The position numbers and the translations under genes were made by a program. This document shows, one piece after another, positions 1 to 9,627 of a stretch of 14,357 nt of DNA. The notes beneath the pieces are model-generated. The model saw nothing but the letters and a program-made list of their open reading frames with translations, ran no database searches and was not told where the DNA came from. Each line of letters begins with the position of its first letter. The stretch's first letter is position 1. The stretch spans positions 1 to 14,357 of the forward strand of contig CAZIDZ010000011.1 in assembly GCA_964538455.1 (NCBI GenBank), given 5' to 3'. Origin of the DNA: an uncultured bacterium (GTDB lineage Bacteria; Electryoneota; Electryoneia; Electryoneales; Electryoneaceae).

Positions 1-105
1 GTTTGCCCGCTTACGCTAAGCAAACAGGGGCATAAACTTGAGTGCGATCCCTCGCGTTGGGCGCCCTTCCCTGCCTACCTTTTGCCACCCCATAACATCT
101 GGTGA

Positions 106-2151
<2,046 letters not shown>

Positions 2152-2297
2152 TTCGCAAACTAATTACTTGAAATTGCGTTACGTAGTGTTGAGTTCAGGG
2201 GTGGGATTGCGGTTGCGCATGCCGGAGTAGCCCTGTATCTTATCCGCCTGATTTCACAGCAGCGATTTTCAACTTCAGGGCATGGAGAAACTCCCTC

Positions 2298-2864
2298 ATG
2301 GCGAGCACTGCCGACTTCCGCAACGGGATGGTCATCCGGTACAACAACGATCTTGTTCAGATCGTCGAATTTCAGCACGTGAAACCCGGCAAAGGCGGCG
2401 CATTCGTCCGCACCAAGCTGAAGAATGTGGTCACAGGCCGAGTGATCGACAACACCTTCCGCAGCGGCGAGAAGGTTGAAGAGGTGCGCCTCGAGGCGCG
2501 CCAGATGCAGTACCTCTACCAGGAAGGCGGCAGTCACGTCTTCATGGATCAGGAATCTTTCGAGCAGATTCACATGGACGAGTCGATGCTCGGGAAGGAT
2601 GTGACGAAGTACCTGAAAGAGGGTGTGGACTACAAGGTTCTTTACAGCGAGGGCAATCCGCTGCTCGTCGAAACGCCGTTCTTCCTGGAACTTGAAATCG
2701 TCGAGGCGGAGCCCGGCGAGAAGGGCGACCGTGTCAGCGCGGCGACGAAGCCGGCGACGCTCGAAACGGGCGCGGTGGTCCAGGTGCCGCTGTTTGTCAA
2801 TGTTGGCGACGTGATCAAGGTGGATACCCGCACCGACGAGTATCTCGAGCGTGTCCGCTCCTGA
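2298..2864 (+). CDS. efp: Elongation factor P (188 aa)
   Basis: MASTADFRNGMVIRYNNDLVQIVEFQHVKPGKGGAFVRTKLKNVVTG matches the EF-P KOW domain, including the KPGKG loop that carries the modified Lys. The length is the canonical 188 aa. A GGAGA Shine-Dalgarno sequence lies about 9 nt upstream. Confidence 0.93.
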   Translation: MASTADFRNGMVIRYNNDLVQIVEFQHVKPGKGGAFVRTKLKNVVTGRVIDNTFRSGEKVEEVRLEARQMQYLYQEGGSHVFMDQESFEQIHMDESMLGKDVTKYLKEGVDYKVLYSEGNPLLVETPFFLELEIVEAEPGEKGDRVSAATKPATLETGAVVQVPLFVNVGDVIKVDTRTDEYLERVRS

Positions 2865-2943
2865 TCGGGAGGTGTTTGTCATGGCAGGAAACGCGCAAGA
2901 GAACAGGGAAAGATCCTCCAGCTCGCGGAGGAAGGGAGAGTCG

Positions 2944-3429
2944 ATGAAGTTCACCGATGTCCGCAAGCTTGTGAGGCTTGTCGAATCAAGCGGGATCCAT
3001 GAGCTTGAGTTCGAAAAGGACGGGACACGCATCCGCGTACGGAAAGCGGACCCCGTTCCGGTGGCGGCGACGTACACGGTGGCTGCTCCCGCTCCCCAGA
3101 TGGCCGCGCCCGCCGCACCTCCCACACCTGCCACAGACAATCCCGCACCGTCTCCCCCGCCCGCGGTGGAGGCTCCGCCCAAGCAATACAGCGAAATCAA
3201 ATCGCCGATGGTGGGCACCTTCTACCGCTCTCCAGCGCCGGACGCCGAGCCGTACGTGCAGGTCGGTGACATGGTGCGGCCGGGCCAGACCCTCTGCATC
3301 GTCGAGGCGATGAAACTGATGAACGAAATCGAGTCGGACATGGCCGGCGTAATCAAGGAGATTCTCGTCGAGAATGCCGACCCGGTGGAGTTCGGCCAGG
3401 TAATGTTCCGAATCGACCCGCAGGGATAG
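2944..3429 (+). CDS. accB: Biotin carboxyl carrier protein of acetyl-CoA carboxylase (AccB)
   Basis: MKFTDVRKLVRLVESSGIHELEFEKDG aligns to the AccB N-terminus. A Pro/Ala-rich linker follows, and the C-terminus carries the biotinyl-lysine motif CIVEAMKLMNEIE. GGAGG and GGGAG Shine-Dalgarno sequences lie upstream of the ATG at 2944. An alternative upstream ATG at 2881 also has a GGGAGG Shine-Dalgarno sequence and would add 21 aa. The ORF track's 2851 start is probably an over-extension. Confidence 0.85.
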   Translation: MKFTDVRKLVRLVESSGIHELEFEKDGTRIRVRKADPVPVAATYTVAAPAPQMAAPAAPPTPATDNPAPSPPPAVEAPPKQYSEIKSPMVGTFYRSPAPDAEPYVQVGDMVRPGQTLCIVEAMKLMNEIESDMAGVIKEILVENADPVEFGQVMFRIDPQG

Positions 3430-3432
3430 GAC

Positions 3433-4788
3433 GTGTTCACAAAAGTACTGATCGCGAATCGCGGGGAGATCGCCCTGCGCGTCATCCGGGCGTGCAAAGA
3501 GATGGGCATCCAGACCGTAGCGGTGTACTCTGAAGCCGATACCGACTCGCTGCACGTGCGTTTCGCCGACCAGGCCGTCTGCATCGGTCCACCCCCGAGC
3601 AACAAAAGCTACCTTGACTACCGCCGGATCATTGCCGCCGCCGAGATCACCGGCGCCGAGGCAATCCACCCAGGGTACGGTTTTCTCGCCGAGAACGCGG
3701 AATTCGCGGAGGTCTGCGAAGATAACGGCATCACCTTCATCGGCCCCAGTCCCGACGCGATCAGGCGCATGGGCGATAAAGCGCTGGCGAAAAAAACGAT
3801 GCGTGCCGCCGGAGTTCCGGTCACGCCGGGCAGCGAAGGTGGGATCGCAGACCTGAACGAAGCGCGCAGGATCGCCCAGGAGATCGGCTACCCGATCATC
3901 CTCAAAGCGAGCGCGGGTGGCGGCGGCCGAGGGATGCGGGTGGTACGCAGCCCGGAAGCGCTGGAATCCAACTATGAGCTTGCCAGGGCGGAAGCCGAGC
4001 AGGCGTTCAGCAACCCGGAACTGTACCTCGAACGGTTCATCCTCAACCCGCGTCACATCGAAATCCAGATAATGGGCGATCGCCACGGCCATGGGATCCA
4101 TTTTGGCGAACGTGACTGTTCAGTCCAGCGGCGTCACCAGAAATTGATCGAGGAAGCCCCGAGTCCCGCACTGACCCCGGAGCTGCGTGAAATCTTCGGG
4201 AGTGCGGCGGTCAAGGGCGCGCTGGCAGTCAAATACGTCGGCGCCGGGACGATGGAATTTCTCCTCTCGGCGGACGGCAGTTTTTACTTCATGGAGATGA
4301 ACACGCGCATCCAGGTCGAGCACCCGGTGACCGAGGAGGTCACGGGAACCGATCTTGTCCGTGAACAGATCCGAGTCTGCGCCGGTGAGCCACTCTCGTG
4401 GAAGCAGGAAGACATCCATATCAAGGGGCATGCCATCGAATTTCGGATCAACGCGGAGGATCACGAGCGCAATTTTCTTCCGACGGCGGGCACGATCACC
4501 GCATTGCACAAGCCCGGCGGCATCGGGGTTCGTGTTGACACCCACGTGTACGACGGGTACCGGATCCCGCCTCATTACGATTCACTGATTGCAAAACTGA
4601 TCGTCCGCGGCGACGATCGCGAGCAGGCGCTGGCCCGCGCTCGCAGAGCGCTCGAGGAGTTCATCGTCGAGGGCATCCCGACCACCATACCTTTCCATTT
4701 GGAGATGCTGGACGTCGATCAATTCCGGAAAGGGGAGGTTTCCACCTCTTTCCTGGACGAATGGATGGCCGCCCGGAGCGGCCTGTAA
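3433..4788 (+). CDS. accC: Biotin carboxylase (AccC), GTG start
   Basis: [26 protein letters not shown] is the canonical AccC N-terminus. It is followed by an ATP-grasp region ([20 protein letters not shown]) and biotin carboxylase C-terminal motifs. The length is 451 aa. The gene starts 4 nt after the accB stop. Confidence 0.93.
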   Translation: MFTKVLIANRGEIALRVIRACKEMGIQTVAVYSEADTDSLHVRFADQAVCIGPPPSNKSYLDYRRIIAAAEITGAEAIHPGYGFLAENAEFAEVCEDNGITFIGPSPDAIRRMGDKALAKKTMRAAGVPVTPGSEGGIADLNEARRIAQEIGYPIILKASAGGGGRGMRVVRSPEALESNYELARAEAEQAFSNPELYLERFILNPRHIEIQIMGDRHGHGIHFGERDCSVQRRHQKLIEEAPSPALTPELREIFGSAAVKGALAVKYVGAGTMEFLLSADGSFYFMEMNTRIQVEHPVTEEVTGTDLVREQIRVCAGEPLSWKQEDIHIKGHAIEFRINAEDHERNFLPTAGTITALHKPGGIGVRVDTHVYDGYRIPPHYDSLIAKLIVRGDDREQALARARRALEEFIVEGIPTTIPFHLEMLDVDQFRKGEVSTSFLDEWMAARSGL

Positions 4789-4800
4789 GGGGAGTTTCCC

Positions 4801-5181
4801 ATGGCCAATATTCCACAGGGTTTGAAGTACACCGAGGACCACGAATGGGTCAAGATCGAAGGCGATACGGCCACATTCGGGATCACGGACTACGCCCAGG
4901 GTGAGCTGGGGGACGTAGTGTTCCTCGAGCTGCCTTCGGTGGGCGATGAGGTCAAGCAGGGTGACACCTTCGGTTCAATCGAAGCGGTAAAAACGGTCGC
5001 GGACCTGTATGCACCGCTGTCCGGCGAGGTGATTGAAATCAACGAAGCGCTTGAGAACGAACCGGAAACCGTGAACAAGGATCCCTACGGCAATGGCTGG
5101 TTGATCAAGATTACCCTTTCGGATGCGACGGAAGTGGACAGCCTGATGGATGCCGCGGCCTACGAACAGCACCTATCGTAA
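4801..5181 (+). CDS. gcvH: Glycine cleavage system H protein (lipoyl carrier)
   Basis: The protein aligns end to end with GcvH (LKYTEDHEWVKIEG...GITDYAQGELGDVVFLELP...SIEAVKTVADLYAPLSGEV with the lipoyl-Lys, ...DPYGNGWLIKI). The length is 126 aa. An AAGGGGAG Shine-Dalgarno sequence lies 8 nt upstream. The gap from accC is only 12 nt. Confidence 0.92.
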   Translation: MANIPQGLKYTEDHEWVKIEGDTATFGITDYAQGELGDVVFLELPSVGDEVKQGDTFGSIEAVKTVADLYAPLSGEVIEINEALENEPETVNKDPYGNGWLIKITLSDATEVDSLMDAAAYEQHLS

Positions 5182-5193
5182 GGATGTTTCGCG

Positions 5194-6540
5194 ATGGCCT
5201 ATGTGCCGCACACCGGGGCGCAGGTGAGCGAAATGCTCCGCGCCATCGGGGTTGAGAAGTTTGATGACCTGATCAAAGCAATACCGTCGGACGTCCGTCT
5301 CGAAGGCGGGCTCAACCTGCCCGACGGACTCTCAGAACTCGAAGTGACTCAGCGAATGAAAGAGCTGGGCAGAAAAAACCGCCCGGCGGTCGAAGCGGTC
5401 AATTTCCTCGGGGGAGGCAGCTACGACCACTTTATTCCCGCAGGTGTCGGTGCGATGCTTGCGCGCAGCGAGTGGTACACCGCCTACACCCCATACCAGC
5501 CGGAAGTCTCCCAGGGATCACTACAGGCGATTTACGAGTACCAATCGGTGATTTGCGACATTACCGGCATGGATGTCGCGAACGCCAGCCTCTACGACGG
5601 CTCCACCGCAGCGGTTGAAGGCATGCTGCTCGCGCTGCGCAACGCCAAAAAGAGAGAAAAAGTCGTGCTCAGCGAAGGGCTGCATCCGCACACGCTGAAA
5701 GTGATCGAAACCTACGCCCAGGCCAACGGCATCGAGCTCGCTGTTGTTCCGGTCGGCGCGGATGGCCGCACCGATGCTAAAAAACTGGCCGACGCCCTCG
5801 ACGCAAGCACCGCGGTGTTCACCTTCGCTCAGCCCAATTTCTTCGGTGTGCTCGAGGATGCTCCGGCGTTGACCGAGGCGGCTCATCAGTCAGGGGCGCT
5901 GGCCCATGCCAGCGTCTACCCGGTCAGCCTGGGAATGGTCGCTCCGCCGGGAGAGTATGGCGCGGACATCGTCTCCGGCGAGGGACAATGCCTCGGCAAC
6001 CGGATGGGTTTCGGTGGCCCCTACCTCGGGATATTCGCAGTCAAGCAGGAGTTGATCCGCCAGCTGCCCGGCCGTCTCTCCGGGCAAACCCTGGATCTGG
6101 ACGGCAAACGCGGATTCGTGCTCACCCTGCAAACCCGCGAACAGCACATCCGGCGGGGCAAGGCAACGAGCAACATCTGCACGAACCAGGGGCTCAATGC
6201 GCTCGCCGCGCTGATTCACCTCGCGCTGATTGGAAAAGAGGGCTTCAGGCAGGTGGCGAATCTCTGCTACCACAAGGCGCATTACCTGCACGACACCCTT
6301 TCTGCGGAAACGAAATTCAAACCGGTCCATACGGCGCCCTTTTTCAACGAGTTTGTCGTCGAGAGCCCAATCCCGGCGGGTGAGGCCATCGACATGCTCG
6401 CGGAACAGGGCATCCTGGGCGGAATCCGGCTGGGCCGATTCTTCCCGAAAGATGAAACCGGCATCCTCATCGCTGTCACCGAGAAACGGACGCGGGCGGA
6501 ATTAGACGCTTATGTCCACGCGCTGAAGAGCATCGCCTGA
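5194..6540 (+). CDS. gcvPA: Glycine dehydrogenase (decarboxylating) subunit 1 (P-protein N-terminal subunit)
   Basis: At 448 aa it has the size and motifs of a split P-protein alpha subunit (SEWYTAYTPYQPEVSQGSLQAIYEYQ..., GKRGFVLTLQTREQHIRRGKATSNICTNQ). An AAGGA Shine-Dalgarno sequence is present. It starts 12 nt after gcvH. No gcvPB follows. Confidence 0.9.
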   Translation: MAYVPHTGAQVSEMLRAIGVEKFDDLIKAIPSDVRLEGGLNLPDGLSELEVTQRMKELGRKNRPAVEAVNFLGGGSYDHFIPAGVGAMLARSEWYTAYTPYQPEVSQGSLQAIYEYQSVICDITGMDVANASLYDGSTAAVEGMLLALRNAKKREKVVLSEGLHPHTLKVIETYAQANGIELAVVPVGADGRTDAKKLADALDASTAVFTFAQPNFFGVLEDAPALTEAAHQSGALAHASVYPVSLGMVAPPGEYGADIVSGEGQCLGNRMGFGGPYLGIFAVKQELIRQLPGRLSGQTLDLDGKRGFVLTLQTREQHIRRGKATSNICTNQGLNALAALIHLALIGKEGFRQVANLCYHKAHYLHDTLSAETKFKPVHTAPFFNEFVVESPIPAGEAIDMLAEQGILGGIRLGRFFPKDETGILIAVTEKRTRAELDAYVHALKSIA

Positions 6541-6681
6541 CGGCAAATTGAAAAGGAGCAGCATTCTCTTCAATTCACGATGCTGTGCTCCGGATCGGGA
6601 TTCAAAAGGAAATGCCTCTTTTGAACCCTCGAATGAACTCAAAGAGTCGGAGCGGAAGACAGTCTCTATGCAAGGGAGGGA

Positions 6682-6709
6682 GAGCGGACGGGATGTCCGT
6701 TTTGTATGT
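6682..6709 (+). terminator. Candidate intrinsic terminator or attenuator downstream of gcvPA
   Basis: A GC stem GCGGAC / GTCCGT with loop GGGAT is followed by TTTTGTATGTT. The stem is short, about 6 bp, so confidence is modest. Confidence 0.3.
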
Positions 6710-6789
6710 TGAGTCAGAAGCCCGCCACTCGAGAGGATGGTCGAGCGTTGTACTGACATTGTAGACTGAAGATAAGGAGGTTGATTCCC

Positions 6790-7566
6790 ATGCCATCATT
6801 ATCATTGTCAATCGTTGTCATCATCGGTCTGATCATCCTTGCCTCCGCGATCAAGGTCGTCAAGGAGTACGACCGGCTTGTAGTTTTTCGACTTGGCCGT
6901 CTTGCAGGGATGAGGGGCCCCGGTATCGTGATCATTATCCCGATCATCGACCAGGTGATGCGGATCAGCACCCGCATTCAGGTGTTTGACGTTCAGCCGC
7001 AGGATCTGCTGACCAAGGACAACGTCTCCGTGCAGGTGAACGCCGTAGTCTACTTCCGGGTGATGGACCCCGCCCGCGCGGTCGTTCAAGCGGAGAACTT
7101 CTATCAGGCCACCGTCCAGATCGCTCAAACAACCTTGCGTGCGGTCGTCGGTGAGATCACACTGCAGGTGCTGCTCGACGATCTCGCTGGGGTGAACAGC
7201 CGTCTGCAGGAGATCATCGACGAACACACGGACGCCTGGGGCGTCAAGGTTTCGAACGTCGAGATCAAGCACGTGGATCTGACGCCGGAATTGAAGCGGG
7301 TGATGGCCTATGAAGCGGAAGCTGACCGTGTCCGCCGCGGGAAGATCGTCGCCGCCGAAGGAGAATTCCAGGCGGCTCAGAAGCTGACCGAAGCGGCGTC
7401 GCTGATGGCCACCCAACCGATGGCCCTGACCCTGCGTTATCTGCAAACCCTGGTCGAGGTCGCCGCCGAGAACAACAGCACGACTCTGTTCCCCGTGCCC
7501 ATCGACCTTTTCGAGGCGTTCAAGGGAAAAATGGCTGAGAAAACAACGGCCCGGCGGCGGAGGTAG
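6790..7566 (+). CDS. SPFH/band-7 (stomatin/prohibitin-like) membrane protein
   Basis: An N-terminal TM helix (LSLSIVVIIGLIILASAI) is followed by an SPFH core (VKEYDRLVVFRLGRL...VFDVQPQDLLTKDNVSVQVNAVVYFRV...) and a coiled-coil Ala/Glu-rich tail. An AAGGAGG Shine-Dalgarno sequence lies 10 nt upstream of the ATG at 6790. The ORF track's TTG at 6781 is too close to the Shine-Dalgarno sequence. Confidence 0.85.
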   Translation: MPSLSLSIVVIIGLIILASAIKVVKEYDRLVVFRLGRLAGMRGPGIVIIIPIIDQVMRISTRIQVFDVQPQDLLTKDNVSVQVNAVVYFRVMDPARAVVQAENFYQATVQIAQTTLRAVVGEITLQVLLDDLAGVNSRLQEIIDEHTDAWGVKVSNVEIKHVDLTPELKRVMAYEAEADRVRRGKIVAAEGEFQAAQKLTEAASLMATQPMALTLRYLQTLVEVAAENNSTTLFPVPIDLFEAFKGKMAEKTTARRRR

Positions 7567-7602
7567 GGTAGCGGAAGTCTATCGAACGAGAACCTTGTGT
7601 GA

Positions 7603-7630
7603 CCCGGTCCCGATCTTTCGGGACCGGGTT
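7603..7630 (+). terminator. Terminator-like hairpin after the SPFH gene
   Basis: A 10-bp GC-rich stem CCCGGTCCCG / CGGGACCGGG with loop ATCTTTC is followed only by TT, so it is a weak U-tract terminator. A second hairpin plus TTTTT lies at about 7655-7694. Confidence 0.35.
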
Positions 7631-7782
7631 CATCGTGCCGTCACCACTAATTGTTTCCGTCAGGGTTCAGCTACGTAACGGACCTGCGTTTTTCAAAGGT
7701 AGCTGCAACTTTTGAGTCCACATTGCAGCCGCCGTATCTTGACGCCGTGAACAATCCATCACAGAAGAACCCCCGCGGCTCA

Positions 7783-8484
7783 ATGCGCATCGCCCACCTG
7801 ATCTCCAGCCGTGGCGTCGCCAGCCGGCGCGAAGCGGAACGGATGATCGCGAGCGGCCGGGTCAGCCTGAACGGCGCGATCCTGACCGATCCCGCGACCA
7901 ACGTCGATTCCGACCGCGACGTGGTTCTTGTGGATGGAAAACCGCTCCCCGCACCGCAACAGGACCTCTATATCGCTCTGCACAAACCGCACGGTTACCT
8001 CTCCTCCTTCACACGGGGCCGCGAAAAGGGCGAGACGCTGAGCAGGCTGGTCCCGTTCCAGCGCCGACTGTTCACCGCGGGCCGTCTCGACCGCGATTCC
8101 ACCGGCCTGCTGCTGCTTACCACCGACGGCGATTGGGCGAACAGTGTGATGCACCCCCGCCACGAGAAGGAGAAGGAATACCTCGTTCGCTTCAAGGGGG
8201 AACGGCCGACACCTGCCGCGAAAAAGATCAAAGGTGCAACATTCCACGAGGATGGACGCGAATTTGGGGTCGTCTCCGCGGTCCCCGAGGGTTCGTTCGT
8301 GCGAATTGTCCTGCGCGAGGGACGCAAACGCCATATCCGCCGGGTAGCCGAGGCGGCCGGCCTGGCCGTTCGTGAGTTGATCCGCGTTCGCATCGGACCT
8401 GTGCACCTCGGGAAGCTCAAACCGGGGAGATGGCGCAAGCTTACCGCACTTGAAATTCACCAATTAGGGGCGAAAAAAGAGTGA
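7783..8484 (+). CDS. RsuA/RluB-family rRNA pseudouridine synthase (S4 domain plus PseudoU_synth_2)
   Basis: MRIAHLISSRGVASRREAERMIASGRVSLNG is an S4 RNA-binding domain. The catalytic motif is AGRLDRDSTGLLLLTTDG. The length is 233 aa. The ORF track's 7651 start would add 44 residues with no homology to the family, so I take the ATG at 7783. No obvious Shine-Dalgarno sequence is present. Confidence 0.8.
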   Translation: MRIAHLISSRGVASRREAERMIASGRVSLNGAILTDPATNVDSDRDVVLVDGKPLPAPQQDLYIALHKPHGYLSSFTRGREKGETLSRLVPFQRRLFTAGRLDRDSTGLLLLTTDGDWANSVMHPRHEKEKEYLVRFKGERPTPAAKKIKGATFHEDGREFGVVSAVPEGSFVRIVLREGRKRHIRRVAEAAGLAVRELIRVRIGPVHLGKLKPGRWRKLTALEIHQLGAKKE

Positions 8485-8551
8485 CAGTAACCATTTTTTC
8501 AAATTCAAGAAAAACAGTCTATCCGAAAAAACGGTTACTGTCACTCTTTTT
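8474..8551. terminator. Large inverted repeat (27-nt arms, 1 mismatch, 24-nt loop) with A-tract and T-tract; probable bidirectional intrinsic terminator
   Basis: The left arm AAAAAGAGTGACAGTAACCATTTTTTC (8474-8500) is the reverse complement of the right arm GAAAAAACGGTTACTGTCACTCTTTTT (8525-8551) apart from one A/C mismatch. The pseudouridine synthase stop codon TGA (8482-8484) lies inside the left arm. The surrounding sequence is AT-rich. Confidence 0.55.
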
Positions 8552-8644
8552 CGCAAGAAGAATCCTCCTGCACGGCACTTGAAGTATTCCTTGAAACACT
8601 CGAAGAATAGTTAAAACTCTGCTTTACCTCTGCCGATAAGAAAG

Positions 8645-9556
8645 ATGGGTACGCATACGGCGGCTATCTTTCTTGGAGTAAGCATTTTGAAAATCGGCGG
8701 TTACATCTGCGTCAAGAACGAGCGTGACCTGATCCTTTGAAACCTGCGCTACCATCTCGACGTCGCTGGATTCGATTTGATCGTGGTTATCAACAATGGA
8801 TTCTACGATGACACCGTGCCCCTCATTGAGGGGATGAACGAGCCTCGTGTGGTGCTCATCCATACTCCCGAAGGCGTCGGGCATCAGCAGGATCTGCTCT
8901 CCACGCAGGCGGCTCAGTGGCTTATCCGCGACGCCGGTTGCGACTGGGTGGTGCCGCTTGGCGCGGACGAGTTCTGGGTAAGCCACCGTCACGGCAGCCT
9001 ACGCAACGTCCTCGCCCAAGTCGATCCCTCGGTTGAACTGATCGTCACGGACAGCTTCCAGTTCCGCGAGACTGAACTGGATGACCCCGCCGAGCCCGAC
9101 CCATTGGTGCGTATCCAGCATGCCGTGCGGGAAAAACTGCCCAAGGTTTTGATGCACGGGCTTGGTGATGATCTCGAATTCATCACCCTAGGGAACGATT
9201 CCATTCAGGTGAAAGGAAACCGCCACCTCAAGAATTTTCCGATCGACACGGACGATCTTGTCCGCTACCATTACCGCCAGCTGGGTGTCGATGAGTTTCG
9301 CCGCCGCATTAGGAACCAGGCGGAGGGATTCCTGCTCAGGTATGGTGATCGCTGGATGGGTGGGCGTAATGAACAGGGCCTAAGAATCTGGAGGTGGTAC
9401 AATACCATTCGTCAGGGTACATTTGAAAAAGAGTACCATCGACAGCTCACTTACAATCGTGAACAGGCCGAACGACCGCTCGAACATGGGGAACTGCGCC
9501 GCGTCGACACACTCGCCAACCTGTTTAAGGCCGAACAGGCGGCTTCAGTAGCTTGA
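8645..9556 (+). pseudogene. GT2_4-type (Glyco_tranf_2_4/PF13704-like) glycosyltransferase gene interrupted by an in-frame TGA at 8738-8740
   Basis: A single reading frame gives MGTHTAAIFLGVSILKIGGYICVKNERDLIL*NLRYHLDVAGFDLIVVINNGFYDDTVPLIEG...WVVPLGADEFWVS.... It carries the family hallmarks: the xVKNE motif, the 'hhL..G.D.i.v.dNgS.D.T' core and the DEF(W/L)v motif. The family features are recalled from memory, not searched. The TGA falls at or beside a position where the family usually has Trp or Glu. The ORF track only calls the downstream part (8777-9556, TTG start). Confidence 0.5.
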
Positions 9557-9627
9557 TCGCGATCCGAGCACTTCCGCCAGTGTTGTGGAATCCAGCCTCA
9601 GCAACTCGGACTCTGTCTTGGCTTGCA

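Noticed and set aside
1-25. Small hairpin GTTTGC-N13-GCAAAC at the extreme 5' end of the window
   Set aside because: It could be the terminator of an upstream gene. The upstream context is outside the window, and the stem is only 6 bp with no T-tract, so it is not assessable.
2851-2943. ORF-track N-terminal extensions of accB, the pseudouridine synthase (7651-7782) and cstA (11260-11328)
   Set aside because: The extensions have no similarity to the respective families. Internal ATGs with good Shine-Dalgarno sequences (accB, cstA) or family-typical N-termini (the synthase's S4 domain starting with MRIAHL) mark the real starts.
2160-4101. Long minus-strand ORFs (2160-3218, 352 aa; 2986-4101, 371 aa) antisense to efp/accB/accC
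   Set aside because: They are Arg/Ala/Gly-rich, low-complexity translations typical of the antisense frame of high-GC coding DNA. No recognisable domain is present. The sense-strand genes are unambiguous housekeeping genes with Shine-Dalgarno sequences.
6612-6764. 50-codon + strand ORF in the gcvPA-SPFH spacer (MPLLNPRMNSKSRSGRQSLCKGGRADG...)
   Set aside because: It is Arg/Ser/Gly-rich, has no Shine-Dalgarno sequence, carries no membrane or structural signature, and overlaps the predicted hairpin-terminator. It is probably non-coding.
6541-6790. Possible glycine riboswitch next to gcv genes
   Set aside because: The spacer is downstream of gcvPA, not upstream of the operon. Apart from a GGAGAG-like purine run, it lacks the conserved ACCGAAGGGGCAA-type core of glycine aptamers.
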